Source: Bacteroidota bacterium (GTDB taxonomy: Bacteria; CLD3; SB21). From it: 28,693 nucleotides of DNA. Within the stretch, counting starts at the first letter, position 1. Each line of letters starts with the position of its first letter. The notes below the pieces were generated by a model. It did not search any database, was not told the DNA's origin, and was given only the letters and a program-made list of their open reading frames with translations. Positions 8,115-17,394 of this stretch are shown here, piece after piece. The stretch is from NCBI GenBank assembly GCA_020438245.1, contig JAGQUY010000142.1:1-28693 (forward strand). The letters are read 5' to 3'. Both the position numbers and the translations under genes were made by a program.

Positions 8115-9701
8115 TTATTTGCTGAACCATACCGTGTTAAATCGGCGGGAATAACTGGCATACGGCTGAAAATCCATGACGGATTCTTTCATCGGAATGA
8201 CCACCACAGAGTGGGCGATAAGGAACCAGGGGAGATCGCGGTTAAAAACGCTGCATGCCTCTTTGTAGATAAGATCCCGTTGAAAGAGGTTCGTTTCAGT
8301 TTTTCCTTTCATCAGTAACTCATGCATTTCCTCACCCCGGTAAAAAGCGATATTATTGGATGGGATCTGGTCTGCCACCGCTTTGTCCAACAGGGGATAA
8401 AAGAAATTGTCGGGATCCGGTATATCGGCAATCCAGCCTCTGATGGCCAAGTCATGCTCTCCCTCATTCGTGCGTTCAATATAGTCATGCCAGTCATAAA
8501 TCTTGACATCCGCAGAAATACCGACTTCGTGAAGATCTTCGCGAATTAAGTCTGCAGCTTTCTTCGGGTCAGGCAGATATTCTCTTGCAATATTCATCGT
8601 CCATAAAGAAGTCTTGAATCCGTTCGGAAACCCGGCTTCTTTTAGCAGCTCACGGGCCTTGGACGGGTCGTACGGCAACGGTTGAATTTCTTCGTTATAA
8701 CCAATCATCGTCGGAGGTATGGGATTTTTGGCGGGGCTTCCAAGCTGGCCATAAACGTTTTCGACCAATGCCTCCCGATTGATGGCGTACACGACCGCCC
8801 TTCTAACTCGTTCGTCGTTGTACGGCCGTTTGTTTAAGTTCATCGCAAGATACGCGACATTCACACCGGGTTGCCTTAGGAGTTTTATAGAACGGTTTGC
8901 CTCCAATTCGCTGATGCGATGCTCGGGAGGTGACTCTATCATATCATAGGCGCCGGCCAGAAAACGATTGATTCGGTCATCCGCGTTCGGGACAGCAGTG
9001 AAAACCAATGTGTCGAGAAACGGGCGCCCATCCCAATACTTTTCATTTGCTGCAAGCACCAAAACGTCGTCGGATGTCCATCGCGTAAAAACAAAGGGGC
9101 CTGTCCCAACCGGATGACGGCCAAATTCTTTTCCCCACCTCCTGACCGCGGTTGGACTCGGAATAGACGTGAATTGCATACTGAGTAAATACAAAAACGT
9201 TGCATTGGGGTTTTGCAATTCAAATTCAACGGTCGAGTCGTTCATTGCACGGATCTGACGGATCAACCGGTCCATGGAAAAATTCTGCCAGAACGCAAAG
9301 GCATCGTTTTGGTGCGGGTGGGGGTGGTTGATATCACGCTGGCGTTCCATGGCAAATAGCACGGCGTCTGCATTGAACGGAGTTCCATCATGGAACATCA
9401 CGCCGGTTCTCAGATGGAAGGTATAGATCAGTCCATCGGATGAAATTTCCCACGTCTTTGCAAGGCCCGGTGTAAGGCCTGCACTTCCAAGTCTGAGCTG
9501 AACCAAGGGGTCATAAACGTTGTCACACGGCGTAGTTGATTCGGTATCGGTAGTCAGGGCCGGATCCATCGTCACAGGGGGACTGTTCTTCGCGTACACC
9601 AAGGTGCCGCCTCGTTTCGGCAGGTCCTTGCCGCCGTCCGCCGACGGAGAGCCACAGGCCAGGATTCCAGTGGATACGATGCAGAGTATCAGTTTTTTCA
9701 T
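8115..9701 (-). CDS. DppA-like ABC substrate-binding lipoprotein, family 5 (copy 4, most divergent)
   Basis: Lipobox ILAC16, LAKTWEISSDGLIYTFHLRTGVMFHDG, PVGTGPFVF, REYLPDP, GWIADIPDPDNFF. Confidence 0.93.
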   Translation of the reverse strand: MKKLILCIVSTGILACGSPSADGGKDLPKRGGTLVYAKNSPPVTMDPALTTDTESTTPCDNVYDPLVQLRLGSAGLTPGLAKTWEISSDGLIYTFHLRTGVMFHDGTPFNADAVLFAMERQRDINHPHPHQNDAFAFWQNFSMDRLIRQIRAMNDSTVEFELQNPNATFLYLLSMQFTSIPSPTAVRRWGKEFGRHPVGTGPFVFTRWTSDDVLVLAANEKYWDGRPFLDTLVFTAVPNADDRINRFLAGAYDMIESPPEHRISELEANRSIKLLRQPGVNVAYLAMNLNKRPYNDERVRRAVVYAINREALVENVYGQLGSPAKNPIPPTMIGYNEEIQPLPYDPSKARELLKEAGFPNGFKTSLWTMNIAREYLPDPKKAADLIREDLHEVGISADVKIYDWHDYIERTNEGEHDLAIRGWIADIPDPDNFFYPLLDKAVADQIPSNNIAFYRGEEMHELLMKGKTETNLFQRDLIYKEACSVFNRDLPWFLIAHSVVVIPMKESVMDFQPYASYSRRFNTVWFSK

Positions 9702-9751
9702 ATAAGGCAGGGCATGTTGTTTTTAGTGTCGGATTCCGGAAATCAAGGTCG

Positions 9752-12514
9752 TCAGGCCAATATTTCAAAGGGTGCAAGCTGGTTGGCGATTTCCTGCTTG
9801 ATACGGGCGTATTCAAGAACCTCGTGATTCTCCAAGGCTTGTTCCTTCAAGCCGTCGGCCGCAACCACATACTTGTTCTTTTCCAACGCTTCCTTGATGA
9901 ACGTCATGGAACCAAAGGTCTCGGCCATGATACTCTGCAGTGTAATCGTGTAAAAGGTTCTGTACAGATCGGCCTTGTCCAACTGTTGAATTTCCTGTAA
10001 AGCCGGCTTCAAATAATCCGGAAACTTGTCGGCGGTGATCGTATAGGTTTTTTCGGCCTCGTCGCCTGTTTCCGGATCAATCAACGGCTTTCCTTCTTTG
10101 TCCTTCTTGATGACTTTTACGTCGACCTTGCCATACTCTCCGTTCATGCATTTCGCGAGGATTTCGTCAAGCTTCAGCGGTTCTTTGGATCCGCCTGAGC
10201 CCAAAGCCACTTTCAGCCGTTCCACCAGTTGCTTGATGCCCAGTTCGACCTGCAGCTCTGCAGAACGCAGTTTGGTCGAGGCATAACTGAGAAGGGCAAC
10301 TGCCTCGTCGCTCAGGGATAGCAGTTTCTGAATGTTTTTGGCATCGGTCTTGACGCACTGATTCAGATAAGAAAGAAGCTGGCCGCGGGCTTCCACCTGC
10401 TTGCTCAATGTATTGACGTCGATATTTTCACGGGCCTCTTTGTACTCATACTGCTCAAGGACACGTTGAACATCAATACCCTTGATCATTCGCAGGAGTT
10501 CATTTTGGGTCAACTTGATCTTAGGCTTCTTGCCCTTTCGTCTCAGTTCATACACTTCAACATCCCATCCGGAGGCCATAAACTGCGCCACAAGTATACT
10601 GCGGATTTTTTCGTACTTGCCGTAATAGGCCGCCGCAAAGCGCCCTTCCGAATCGGCTTTTCGTTTTTCCTGTTCCTCTTCATTAGTCACAATGTCGAGA
10701 AACTTGTCGTCGATAATTTTATAGACCTTGCCCCGTAGCTCCATGCGCTCCCGCTGAAGATCCTCGTCCGTATGATCGGGCTTGTTGAGAACGTAATCAA
10801 ACAGTACGGATTCGTCGATAAGCCGAAGGGACTGCTGAAGCTCTTTGTTGTTGATGAAATGGTATAGAATGATCCACTGTTCTTCAAAGGGACGATCTTT
10901 GAGCGGTATATGCTTTTCTTTCTCAGGCATCAGAGCTTCCTGCTTGTCAAATCCATTGTAAAACAGGGTCTCCCGATCGCCGTGACTTCCGTCGAATTCG
11001 TACCGGAGTTTCACGATTTCTTTGAAGAGGTTGATCCGGCGGGTAAAACTGTACGTAAGTGCCAGGCGTCCGGCCAACACTTTGATGATGTTATCCGGAA
11101 CGACATCGCCAAGGTCATGCGCAAGCCAGGCAAGGGTATAAAAAGACATCAGCGCGGAGGCGTGACGTTTTTCCGCGGCACGTTCTATGTACATTTCGTG
11201 AATAAGAGGAAATTCGTTCTGGTTGATTAAATACTGCCTGAACTGGCCCTGCAGTCCCTCAAAGCCGTCGAGAGTGGTGGTGTTTGTCATCATTCGGTTC
11301 ATCAGGAAACGAACTTCGAGATCTGGAACCCGTTGACGATATTGGGCAGGAAGATTGTTCATCGCATCTTCACTATTGATCGTTTCCAGCGTCAATTTGA
11401 GTTCCCGGCAAACCATTTTCATCAGATCCTTGGTCATTTTGACGGTGGATTCGGGAGCTTGTAGCAACTTGCCCAGCGCGTACATGGTATAGTGCTTCAG
11501 CTTGGGTGAATAATCCTCCATGTACTCCAGCGTGAACGGCAATAATTCCTCCGTTCCCGTTTTTTTCATGATCTTCGTGAGACGCTGCAGATCGAAAAAG
11601 TAGAAAATCTTTCCTTCCAGCGTTTCGTAGGCAGTCAATTCTCTAACCACCGTATTCCTGGCCGTCGCGCTTAGGGGTTCACCTTTTTGTTTTTCGATCA
11701 TCGCAACCGTTTTGGAGATTTCTTTGGTGAGAAAATCATCCAGGTCTTTGATTTCTTCTCTCAGTCCCTGATCAGATTCCAGATGCCTGATAAACCCGTA
11801 CAGATCCGACAGCACCGTTTCCGCATCTCCAACTTCTTTGAGACGGTCGTAGAGAAAGGCAACCACATAATCGCTGTATCCGAATGGTTCCACATCTTCC
11901 CGAATGATATGTTGGAAGAAAAACGGATACACATCGTTGTCCAGATCCAGCTTGCCGCCCCATCCGTCGGTGGCTTTCTTGTACCCGGCCTGATAGATTT
12001 TATCGTTGAGCGAAGAGAACTGATGGACCAGGCGTACCATGGCAGCCGCATCCTTTTTGTCCTTTAGAAATTTCGTATACAGGTCGATCACCTTGGAAAA
12101 ACGATCCACGTCGTCATCCGCGTCCAGATACGGCTGAAGGATCGAAAAAATCGACTTCATCGACGTCGAACAATGATCGATGAAGGTGGCAACGTCGGGA
12201 ATTCCGTCGCATTGATCTTCCAGGAAAACACGGTCTATCTCTTCGTTGGACAAGCCCTGTCCGGCAAGAAAATCGAAAACGGTCATGTATAGAAGGCGAT
12301 GCGTAATGTAAAAACTGGGCAGAGAATCGTACCCCTTGCGTATGTTCTTATTCTCTTCAAGGGAGATCAGGATATTCATCAGGGCCTTCATGGCCGCCTT
12401 ATGGTTGGCCGGGCTGATGTCGATCTTTTCGTCGGCCTTGGTCAGATAGTCGTCGAGAACGGCACGGGTATCGTCGTCCATGCCGACTGTGAGAAGATGT
12501 CGCTTGTCAATCAC
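9752..12514 (-). CDS. 920-aa uncharacterised, apparently soluble and alpha-helical, D/E/K-rich protein
   Basis: Uninterrupted 2.76-kb ORF with GTG start 2 nt after the fadD stop and natural-looking composition. No signal peptide, transmembrane segment or family signature recognised. Confidence 0.85.
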   Translation of the reverse strand: MIDKRHLLTVGMDDDTRAVLDDYLTKADEKIDISPANHKAAMKALMNILISLEENKNIRKGYDSLPSFYITHRLLYMTVFDFLAGQGLSNEEIDRVFLEDQCDGIPDVATFIDHCSTSMKSIFSILQPYLDADDDVDRFSKVIDLYTKFLKDKKDAAAMVRLVHQFSSLNDKIYQAGYKKATDGWGGKLDLDNDVYPFFFQHIIREDVEPFGYSDYVVAFLYDRLKEVGDAETVLSDLYGFIRHLESDQGLREEIKDLDDFLTKEISKTVAMIEKQKGEPLSATARNTVVRELTAYETLEGKIFYFFDLQRLTKIMKKTGTEELLPFTLEYMEDYSPKLKHYTMYALGKLLQAPESTVKMTKDLMKMVCRELKLTLETINSEDAMNNLPAQYRQRVPDLEVRFLMNRMMTNTTTLDGFEGLQGQFRQYLINQNEFPLIHEMYIERAAEKRHASALMSFYTLAWLAHDLGDVVPDNIIKVLAGRLALTYSFTRRINLFKEIVKLRYEFDGSHGDRETLFYNGFDKQEALMPEKEKHIPLKDRPFEEQWIILYHFINNKELQQSLRLIDESVLFDYVLNKPDHTDEDLQRERMELRGKVYKIIDDKFLDIVTNEEEQEKRKADSEGRFAAAYYGKYEKIRSILVAQFMASGWDVEVYELRRKGKKPKIKLTQNELLRMIKGIDVQRVLEQYEYKEARENIDVNTLSKQVEARGQLLSYLNQCVKTDAKNIQKLLSLSDEAVALLSYASTKLRSAELQVELGIKQLVERLKVALGSGGSKEPLKLDEILAKCMNGEYGKVDVKVIKKDKEGKPLIDPETGDEAEKTYTITADKFPDYLKPALQEIQQLDKADLYRTFYTITLQSIMAETFGSMTFIKEALEKNKYVVAADGLKEQALENHEVLEYARIKQEIANQLAPFEILA

Positions 12515-12516
12515 AG

Positions 12517-14349
12517 CTATTCCTTGCCTTTGTCTTCGTTGGTCGTTTCAGTTTCCTTGTTGTAGATGGATTCAATCAGTGTGTTGAAATTGCCGGCCAC
12601 AACATGTCGTTTGATCTTCAGAGAAGGAGTGAGTTCACCGGTTTCGATCGAAAACGCTTTTGGCAGGAAAGCGAAGCGGCGTACTCTTTCGTATCGTGCG
12701 AATCCTGCATCGTCCTGGGCTTTTTGCATCAACTCATCAACCATTTTGTAAATTTCAGAGTTGGTGATCAATTGTTCATCGCTCGATTCAGAGATATTGT
12801 GCTCCTTGGCGTAGGCACGAAGGCGCTCAAAATTAGGAACCACCAGTGCGCTTATGAAATTCCTTTTGTCGCCGATGACCATCACCTGTTCACAATAAGG
12901 AACCGTCATCAACGTATTTTCAATGGGAGCGGGCGCCACATTTTTTCCTCCCGACGTGACAATCAAATTTTTCTTACGATCGGTAATTGTGAGGTACCCG
13001 TCTTCATCCAAGAAACCGATGTCACCGGTATGAAACCAGCGGTCGGAATCGAGTACTTCGTTGGTGGCCTCGTCATTCTTGTAATACCCAAGCATGACAT
13101 TGGGGCCGCGCGTGACAATTTCGCCATCCGGAAGAATCTTTACTTCAATCGACGGATCGACCACAGGGCCTACAGTACCAAACTTCACCTTTTCGGGCCG
13201 ATTGACCGTTATCACGGGTGAGGTCTCGGTTAACCCATATCCCTCGAGAATGACGACACCCATATTGCCGAAAAACTCGGCAATTTCTTTGGACAGCGGC
13301 GCGCCACCGGAAACCATGAACTTTATGCGTCCGCCCAGTCTGGCATGCAGCTTTGAATAGGCCAGTTTGTGCGCGATCGCGTAACGAAATCCTTTTTTTC
13401 CGGATACCCTCGCCTCCTCACCCACCCGAAGCGCCCAGGCAAATATTTTCTTGCGAATTGGAGGGGCCGTTGCCAACCCATCGCGCACCTTGGCATACAT
13501 TTTTTCATACAAGCGGGGAACGGCTGTCATAAGAGTCGGCCGGATCTCTGCCAAATTTTGAGGGACTTTTTCAATGTTTTCGGCATACGCAATGGTGCAG
13601 CCGTTGAATACCGGTAGAAAGTGACCCGGATTACGCTCGAAAATGTGCGAGAGCGGGAGGAAGGACAAAAGAATTTCTCCGTCTCCAAAGGGTAAGACCT
13701 TCGAAGCCGCAATTAGATTGCTGAGCAGATTTCCGTGAGACAGCATCACGCCTTTCGGAAGCCCAGTTGTACCGCTGGTGTAAATGATCGTAGCCAGGTC
13801 ATTAAGGGTTCCGGTAGATATGGCCTGCTCGATATGGTTTGGATGACTCTTGCCAAACGTCCTGCCGGCATCCTGCAGTTCCTGAAAACGAAGTACCCAC
13901 GACGTCTTTTTATCTTCGTCGGAAATAAGAATCGCGTGAGTTAACGCCGGACAATTGGCTTTTACTGCAACAACCTTGTCCAGCTGTTCCGCATCAGAAC
14001 AAAACACAACCTTCGCATCCGAATTGTGCAGAATGTATTCAACCTGTTTGGGTGGCAAATTTGGGTAGATCGGGACACTAACCGCCGCGAGGCTGAGGAT
14101 GGCAAAATCGCTCATGGCCCATTCTTCCTGTGTAGGACACAGAATGGCGACCTTGTCGTTGCGTTGGATGCCGAGAGACGCAAGACCGAGGGCAAGGTCA
14201 CTGACAATCTGACCAACCTGCTGATAGGTCAGCGGTCGATATTGGCCATTTCGTTTGCTCATGTAAAGGGTTTGACTTGCAAACTTTTTCACATTTTCAT
14301 GAAACATAAGGGCAAGTGAGGCCACATTTGGATTAGCCAGCGGGTGCAT
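12517..14349 (-). CDS. fadD: Long-chain fatty-acid--CoA ligase (AMP-dependent synthetase, FadD15/ACSL-like)
   Basis: IIYTSGTTGLPKGVMLSHGN, LSFLPLSHIFER, EGYGLTETSP, WFHTGDIG, ITDRKKNLIVTSGGKNVAP, ELTPSLKIKR. Strong GGAGGTGA Shine-Dalgarno upstream. Confidence 0.93.
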   Translation of the reverse strand: MHPLANPNVASLALMFHENVKKFASQTLYMSKRNGQYRPLTYQQVGQIVSDLALGLASLGIQRNDKVAILCPTQEEWAMSDFAILSLAAVSVPIYPNLPPKQVEYILHNSDAKVVFCSDAEQLDKVVAVKANCPALTHAILISDEDKKTSWVLRFQELQDAGRTFGKSHPNHIEQAISTGTLNDLATIIYTSGTTGLPKGVMLSHGNLLSNLIAASKVLPFGDGEILLSFLPLSHIFERNPGHFLPVFNGCTIAYAENIEKVPQNLAEIRPTLMTAVPRLYEKMYAKVRDGLATAPPIRKKIFAWALRVGEEARVSGKKGFRYAIAHKLAYSKLHARLGGRIKFMVSGGAPLSKEIAEFFGNMGVVILEGYGLTETSPVITVNRPEKVKFGTVGPVVDPSIEVKILPDGEIVTRGPNVMLGYYKNDEATNEVLDSDRWFHTGDIGFLDEDGYLTITDRKKNLIVTSGGKNVAPAPIENTLMTVPYCEQVMVIGDKRNFISALVVPNFERLRAYAKEHNISESSDEQLITNSEIYKMVDELMQKAQDDAGFARYERVRRFAFLPKAFSIETGELTPSLKIKRHVVAGNFNTLIESIYNKETETTNEDKGKE

Positions 14350-14490
14350 GTCACCTCCGAGGAGTCAATTTGTTAGAATAATAGCAAGATCTTTGGCCAA
14401 ATTGCTTGGCTCCGGAAAGGCAGTAAATCAGTAAAAAAGGTATGCGTTTTGGCAGAGAAATGCAAAGGATAAGTAACGTATTGTAAGTAG

Positions 14491-16107
14491 TTAATCGACC
14501 TCGATGACTTGGTGCCCTTCGGCAAGTGGTTGAATCTGGGCATAAAGTCGATCCACAAATTGGAGACCGTATTTGTTCATATAATACAATACGTTCAGTG
14601 TTCGTTCTTGTAAATGTCCTCCGGGGCGGAGATGAGTAAGCGCTTTGGCCACCTGATTGTATTTCAACTCATGTGCGCGCTTTTCGCCATCGGCAGCTTT
14701 CGACTGGAGGACCTGTAATGCCTGTTCGACTTTGTCGAGCGCCGTTTTGGAAGCGCCCTTGAGACCGGGATCCACCGCGCCAAGCGGCTCTTGCAGCCCG
14801 GTCATCAATGCAGATATTTGTTCTTTAATACGTCCGACCATTGCCGGTGCAGGTTCTCCGCTTTCCCGGGCGGCAAGCTCTGAGAGCACTTCCGGTCCGC
14901 GGGTTACAATGTCCGCTGCGGACAATCCAAATTTATCGAGCACTTTGCCTATTTTCTTTTCGAGAATAGTCACAAAAGGCCTTGGAACAATCAAAGGCTC
15001 TTGTACCCCGAGTATTTCGTAAACCTTCCTGAATTGCGCAAAATAGGCGATTTCTGACGGTCCTGCCATATACGCAAGGGTCGGCAAGAGAGTATCCTGA
15101 ACAATGGGCCGTAGAACGACATTGGGTATGAATCTCTGCGGATCGCTCGCGAGAAGAGTCCGGAGCTCTTTCACATAGGGTCCCATCTCATCCGCACGCA
15201 GTTTGAATTTTCTTGATCCGGTCCTATTCAGAGGATGTCTTGGCTCAACGGTGTCGAGCATAAAAAGGTTGGTCGAATCGGGCTCAACCTGTGCGTCGTA
15301 GCCTGCTTTCTTTATGAGATCCGTTTGTGTCCTCAGGGCATCAAGCGTATTGGCCGCTTCGGTAAGTTCTTTTTCGAAAACAGGCCGAGCCAGTTTTTTC
15401 AGGTTGATGTCAGAAGGGTCGAGGGTAAGGAGTCCGTATTTTCCCAGACATCCCATCAGGAATTTTTTGAAAGCTTCCGCCAAAGAGCTTCCGGAACTGT
15501 AGGTGTCCCGCAGCAGGGATTGCCACTCCTTCGAAAAGTCGGTAGTATAAAGAATCTCCTGCAACTCCTTCAACAGTCGATCCAGATCCGATGTAATCAG
15601 GAGTTTGTATATTGGATCCTTGGCGTCGTTCCCATCCCCTAAGTAGGATACCGTCTTGAGCGTGTTATTTACATCGATCAGGTTAATGGAACGGATCTCT
15701 TCAAAATCGTGGTCTTCCAACTCGAGCCAAAATACAGGCACGAAATCATGATCCGGGTGGCTCTTCTTAAGTTGTTCGCAGTATTTGATGATCCCGATGG
15801 CCTTGTAAAGTGTGAATAACGGGCCCGAGAAGAAGCCCATTTGTTGTCCGGTAACCACAGCCACGGTGTGAGGTTGGCCGATCCGCTCTATGGATGTTTT
15901 CGTGGCGGACGATGCATCAGGATGCTGTCCTTGAAGAACTTGGACGAGCTCACGTCGGTGCGGAAAGGCTTCCAATTCCTTCAGTCGCCGTTGAACGTCC
16001 GAATCCTTTTTGTAGTAGCCTCTGTAGAAATCGGACACCTTGCCGAAATCGTGAAGAAAATCGAGGAACAATCTTGATTGACCGGGAATGGATTGAAAGG
16101 GGATCAT
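14491..16107 (-). CDS. bshC: Bacillithiol biosynthesis cysteine-adding enzyme
   Basis: VVTGQQMGFFSGPLFTLYK, VPVFWLELEDHDFEEI, PNVVLRPIVQDTLLPTLAYMAGPSEIAY, C-terminal coiled coil then LQER. The 538-aa length is typical of BshC. Confidence 0.92.
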   Translation of the reverse strand: MIPFQSIPGQSRLFLDFLHDFGKVSDFYRGYYKKDSDVQRRLKELEAFPHRRELVQVLQGQHPDASSATKTSIERIGQPHTVAVVTGQQMGFFSGPLFTLYKAIGIIKYCEQLKKSHPDHDFVPVFWLELEDHDFEEIRSINLIDVNNTLKTVSYLGDGNDAKDPIYKLLITSDLDRLLKELQEILYTTDFSKEWQSLLRDTYSSGSSLAEAFKKFLMGCLGKYGLLTLDPSDINLKKLARPVFEKELTEAANTLDALRTQTDLIKKAGYDAQVEPDSTNLFMLDTVEPRHPLNRTGSRKFKLRADEMGPYVKELRTLLASDPQRFIPNVVLRPIVQDTLLPTLAYMAGPSEIAYFAQFRKVYEILGVQEPLIVPRPFVTILEKKIGKVLDKFGLSAADIVTRGPEVLSELAARESGEPAPAMVGRIKEQISALMTGLQEPLGAVDPGLKGASKTALDKVEQALQVLQSKAADGEKRAHELKYNQVAKALTHLRPGGHLQERTLNVLYYMNKYGLQFVDRLYAQIQPLAEGHQVIEVD

Positions 16108-17384
16108 GCGGCCTCCTTGGACTTATGAATCACCGACGCCGCTTTGTTGTTGTATCCAAATTGAATGTCGGGAAACTTCTTTTGAATCAAGAACATGAGT
16201 TTTTTAACGCCCAGTCGGGGACTACGATAGTCATGACAAACTTCCGTCAGATACCATTCCGGGTCGATGTTGAAGTTTCGCCATTGGATCAGATTCGGCC
16301 GAGCTGTTCGAAAGAGTCTCATAAGAGCCGCCGCTTCTTTCTTGCTGTCTGTGATTCCAGGAAAAACGAAGTAGTTCATCGAAGCATATTTGTTCATCGT
16401 GCGGGCCACCCTCAATGATTCGCGAACATCTTCGAAACTGTAGTTATTGGGTTTATAGTAACGATGGTATAATTCGGGCTGCACGCTGTTGAGGCTGATC
16501 CTCACACTATCCAAGCCTGCGTCAAACAGTTTCGCCAAAACGGTTGGCCGGCTCCCATTGGTATTGAGATGGAGCACTCCTTTCCGTGTCTGCCGACGAA
16601 TTTCCCGAAGCGCTTTTTCGATACGGGGTCCCTGCAGTAGCGGCTCTCCTTCGCAGCCTTGGCCGAAGCTTACGATGGCTTTCGGGGCCGTTATCAGATG
16701 AACAACGGCCATCTCCACGATCTCTTCGACCGTAGGTAAAAAAGGAATGCGTTCCTGGGGAGAGGGTACAGAAGAGGAAGGCTGAAAAGAAATGCAGGCG
16801 ATACAGTTTGCGTTGCAGCCACCGGCCACGGCTATCGGTGCCTCCCATCGCTGCAGGAAGAAGTTCTTCGCATTGGCACAGCCGTACTCAACAGCACATT
16901 GGCGGCCATGATGAGCTATAAGCCGATTATGAGGGTACTTGCTAACCATCGCCTCAACCTTGTTGGAGATGATGTTGTCGTCAAACGACGTAGGGAGATG
17001 CTTGATCTCGCGATCGATGTGAACCGCAGGTACATACATCCGCCCTCTGTACCATCCGACCGCGGTAAAGGACATGAGCGGCAATCTGGGCGCCCGTTCC
17101 GTCATCCCGTAGGCGGCCATGGCAAGGTGCGTATAGGAAGGCGGAATATATGCCGCCACCGCGAAGTAGTCTTTGAAATTTTTCCGGCGGCCTGTGCGCC
17201 TATCAAAACCTATTGCGCTTCGTTCCGGCATCATGAAAACCTGGGATCCGTCGGGTAATGGAATAAGGTCATGGGCTTGGACAGGGTGAATGGTACGACC
17301 GCTCTTCCCTGCCATTTCGGTATCGGGAATGTCAAATAGGTTGCCCGCCCGATCGCTTACGAGCAATGATGGAAGCTGTTTCAT
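16104..17384 (-). CDS. Uncharacterised radical SAM protein, 426 aa (start corrected from the ORF-track 17555 to 17384)
   Basis: CNANCIAC = CX3CX2C, SFGQGCEGEPLL (GGEP-like), HLNTNGS, DSVRISLNS. The ATG at 17384 lies 10 nt after the receiver-gene stop; the longer ORF would overlap that gene by ~160 nt. The stop overlaps the bshC ATG (ATGA). Confidence 0.92.
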   Translation of the reverse strand: MKQLPSLLVSDRAGNLFDIPDTEMAGKSGRTIHPVQAHDLIPLPDGSQVFMMPERSAIGFDRRTGRRKNFKDYFAVAAYIPPSYTHLAMAAYGMTERAPRLPLMSFTAVGWYRGRMYVPAVHIDREIKHLPTSFDDNIISNKVEAMVSKYPHNRLIAHHGRQCAVEYGCANAKNFFLQRWEAPIAVAGGCNANCIACISFQPSSSVPSPQERIPFLPTVEEIVEMAVVHLITAPKAIVSFGQGCEGEPLLQGPRIEKALREIRRQTRKGVLHLNTNGSRPTVLAKLFDAGLDSVRISLNSVQPELYHRYYKPNNYSFEDVRESLRVARTMNKYASMNYFVFPGITDSKKEAAALMRLFRTARPNLIQWRNFNIDPEWYLTEVCHDYRSPRLGVKKLMFLIQKKFPDIQFGYNNKAASVIHKSKEAA

Positions 17385-17394
17385 GTTTTGGAGA

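Noticed and set aside
3516-8549. Recurrent + strand ORFs antisense to the SBP genes (e.g. 4845-5378, 6516-7043) that resemble each other
   Set aside because: Their mutual similarity simply mirrors the paralogy of the real minus-strand genes.
10960-11110. HD-GYP phosphodiesterase call for the 920-aa protein based on HDLG and EFDGS
   Set aside because: The HHExxDGxGYP motif is not actually present (YEFDGSHGD). Kept only as a weak HD-like hint.
14350-14490. TTTGGCCAAA palindrome (14392-14401), CAGTAAA duplicate and an extended -10 (TGCTATTAT) upstream of fadD
   Set aside because: Short elements expected by chance and no matching -35, so too weak to call.
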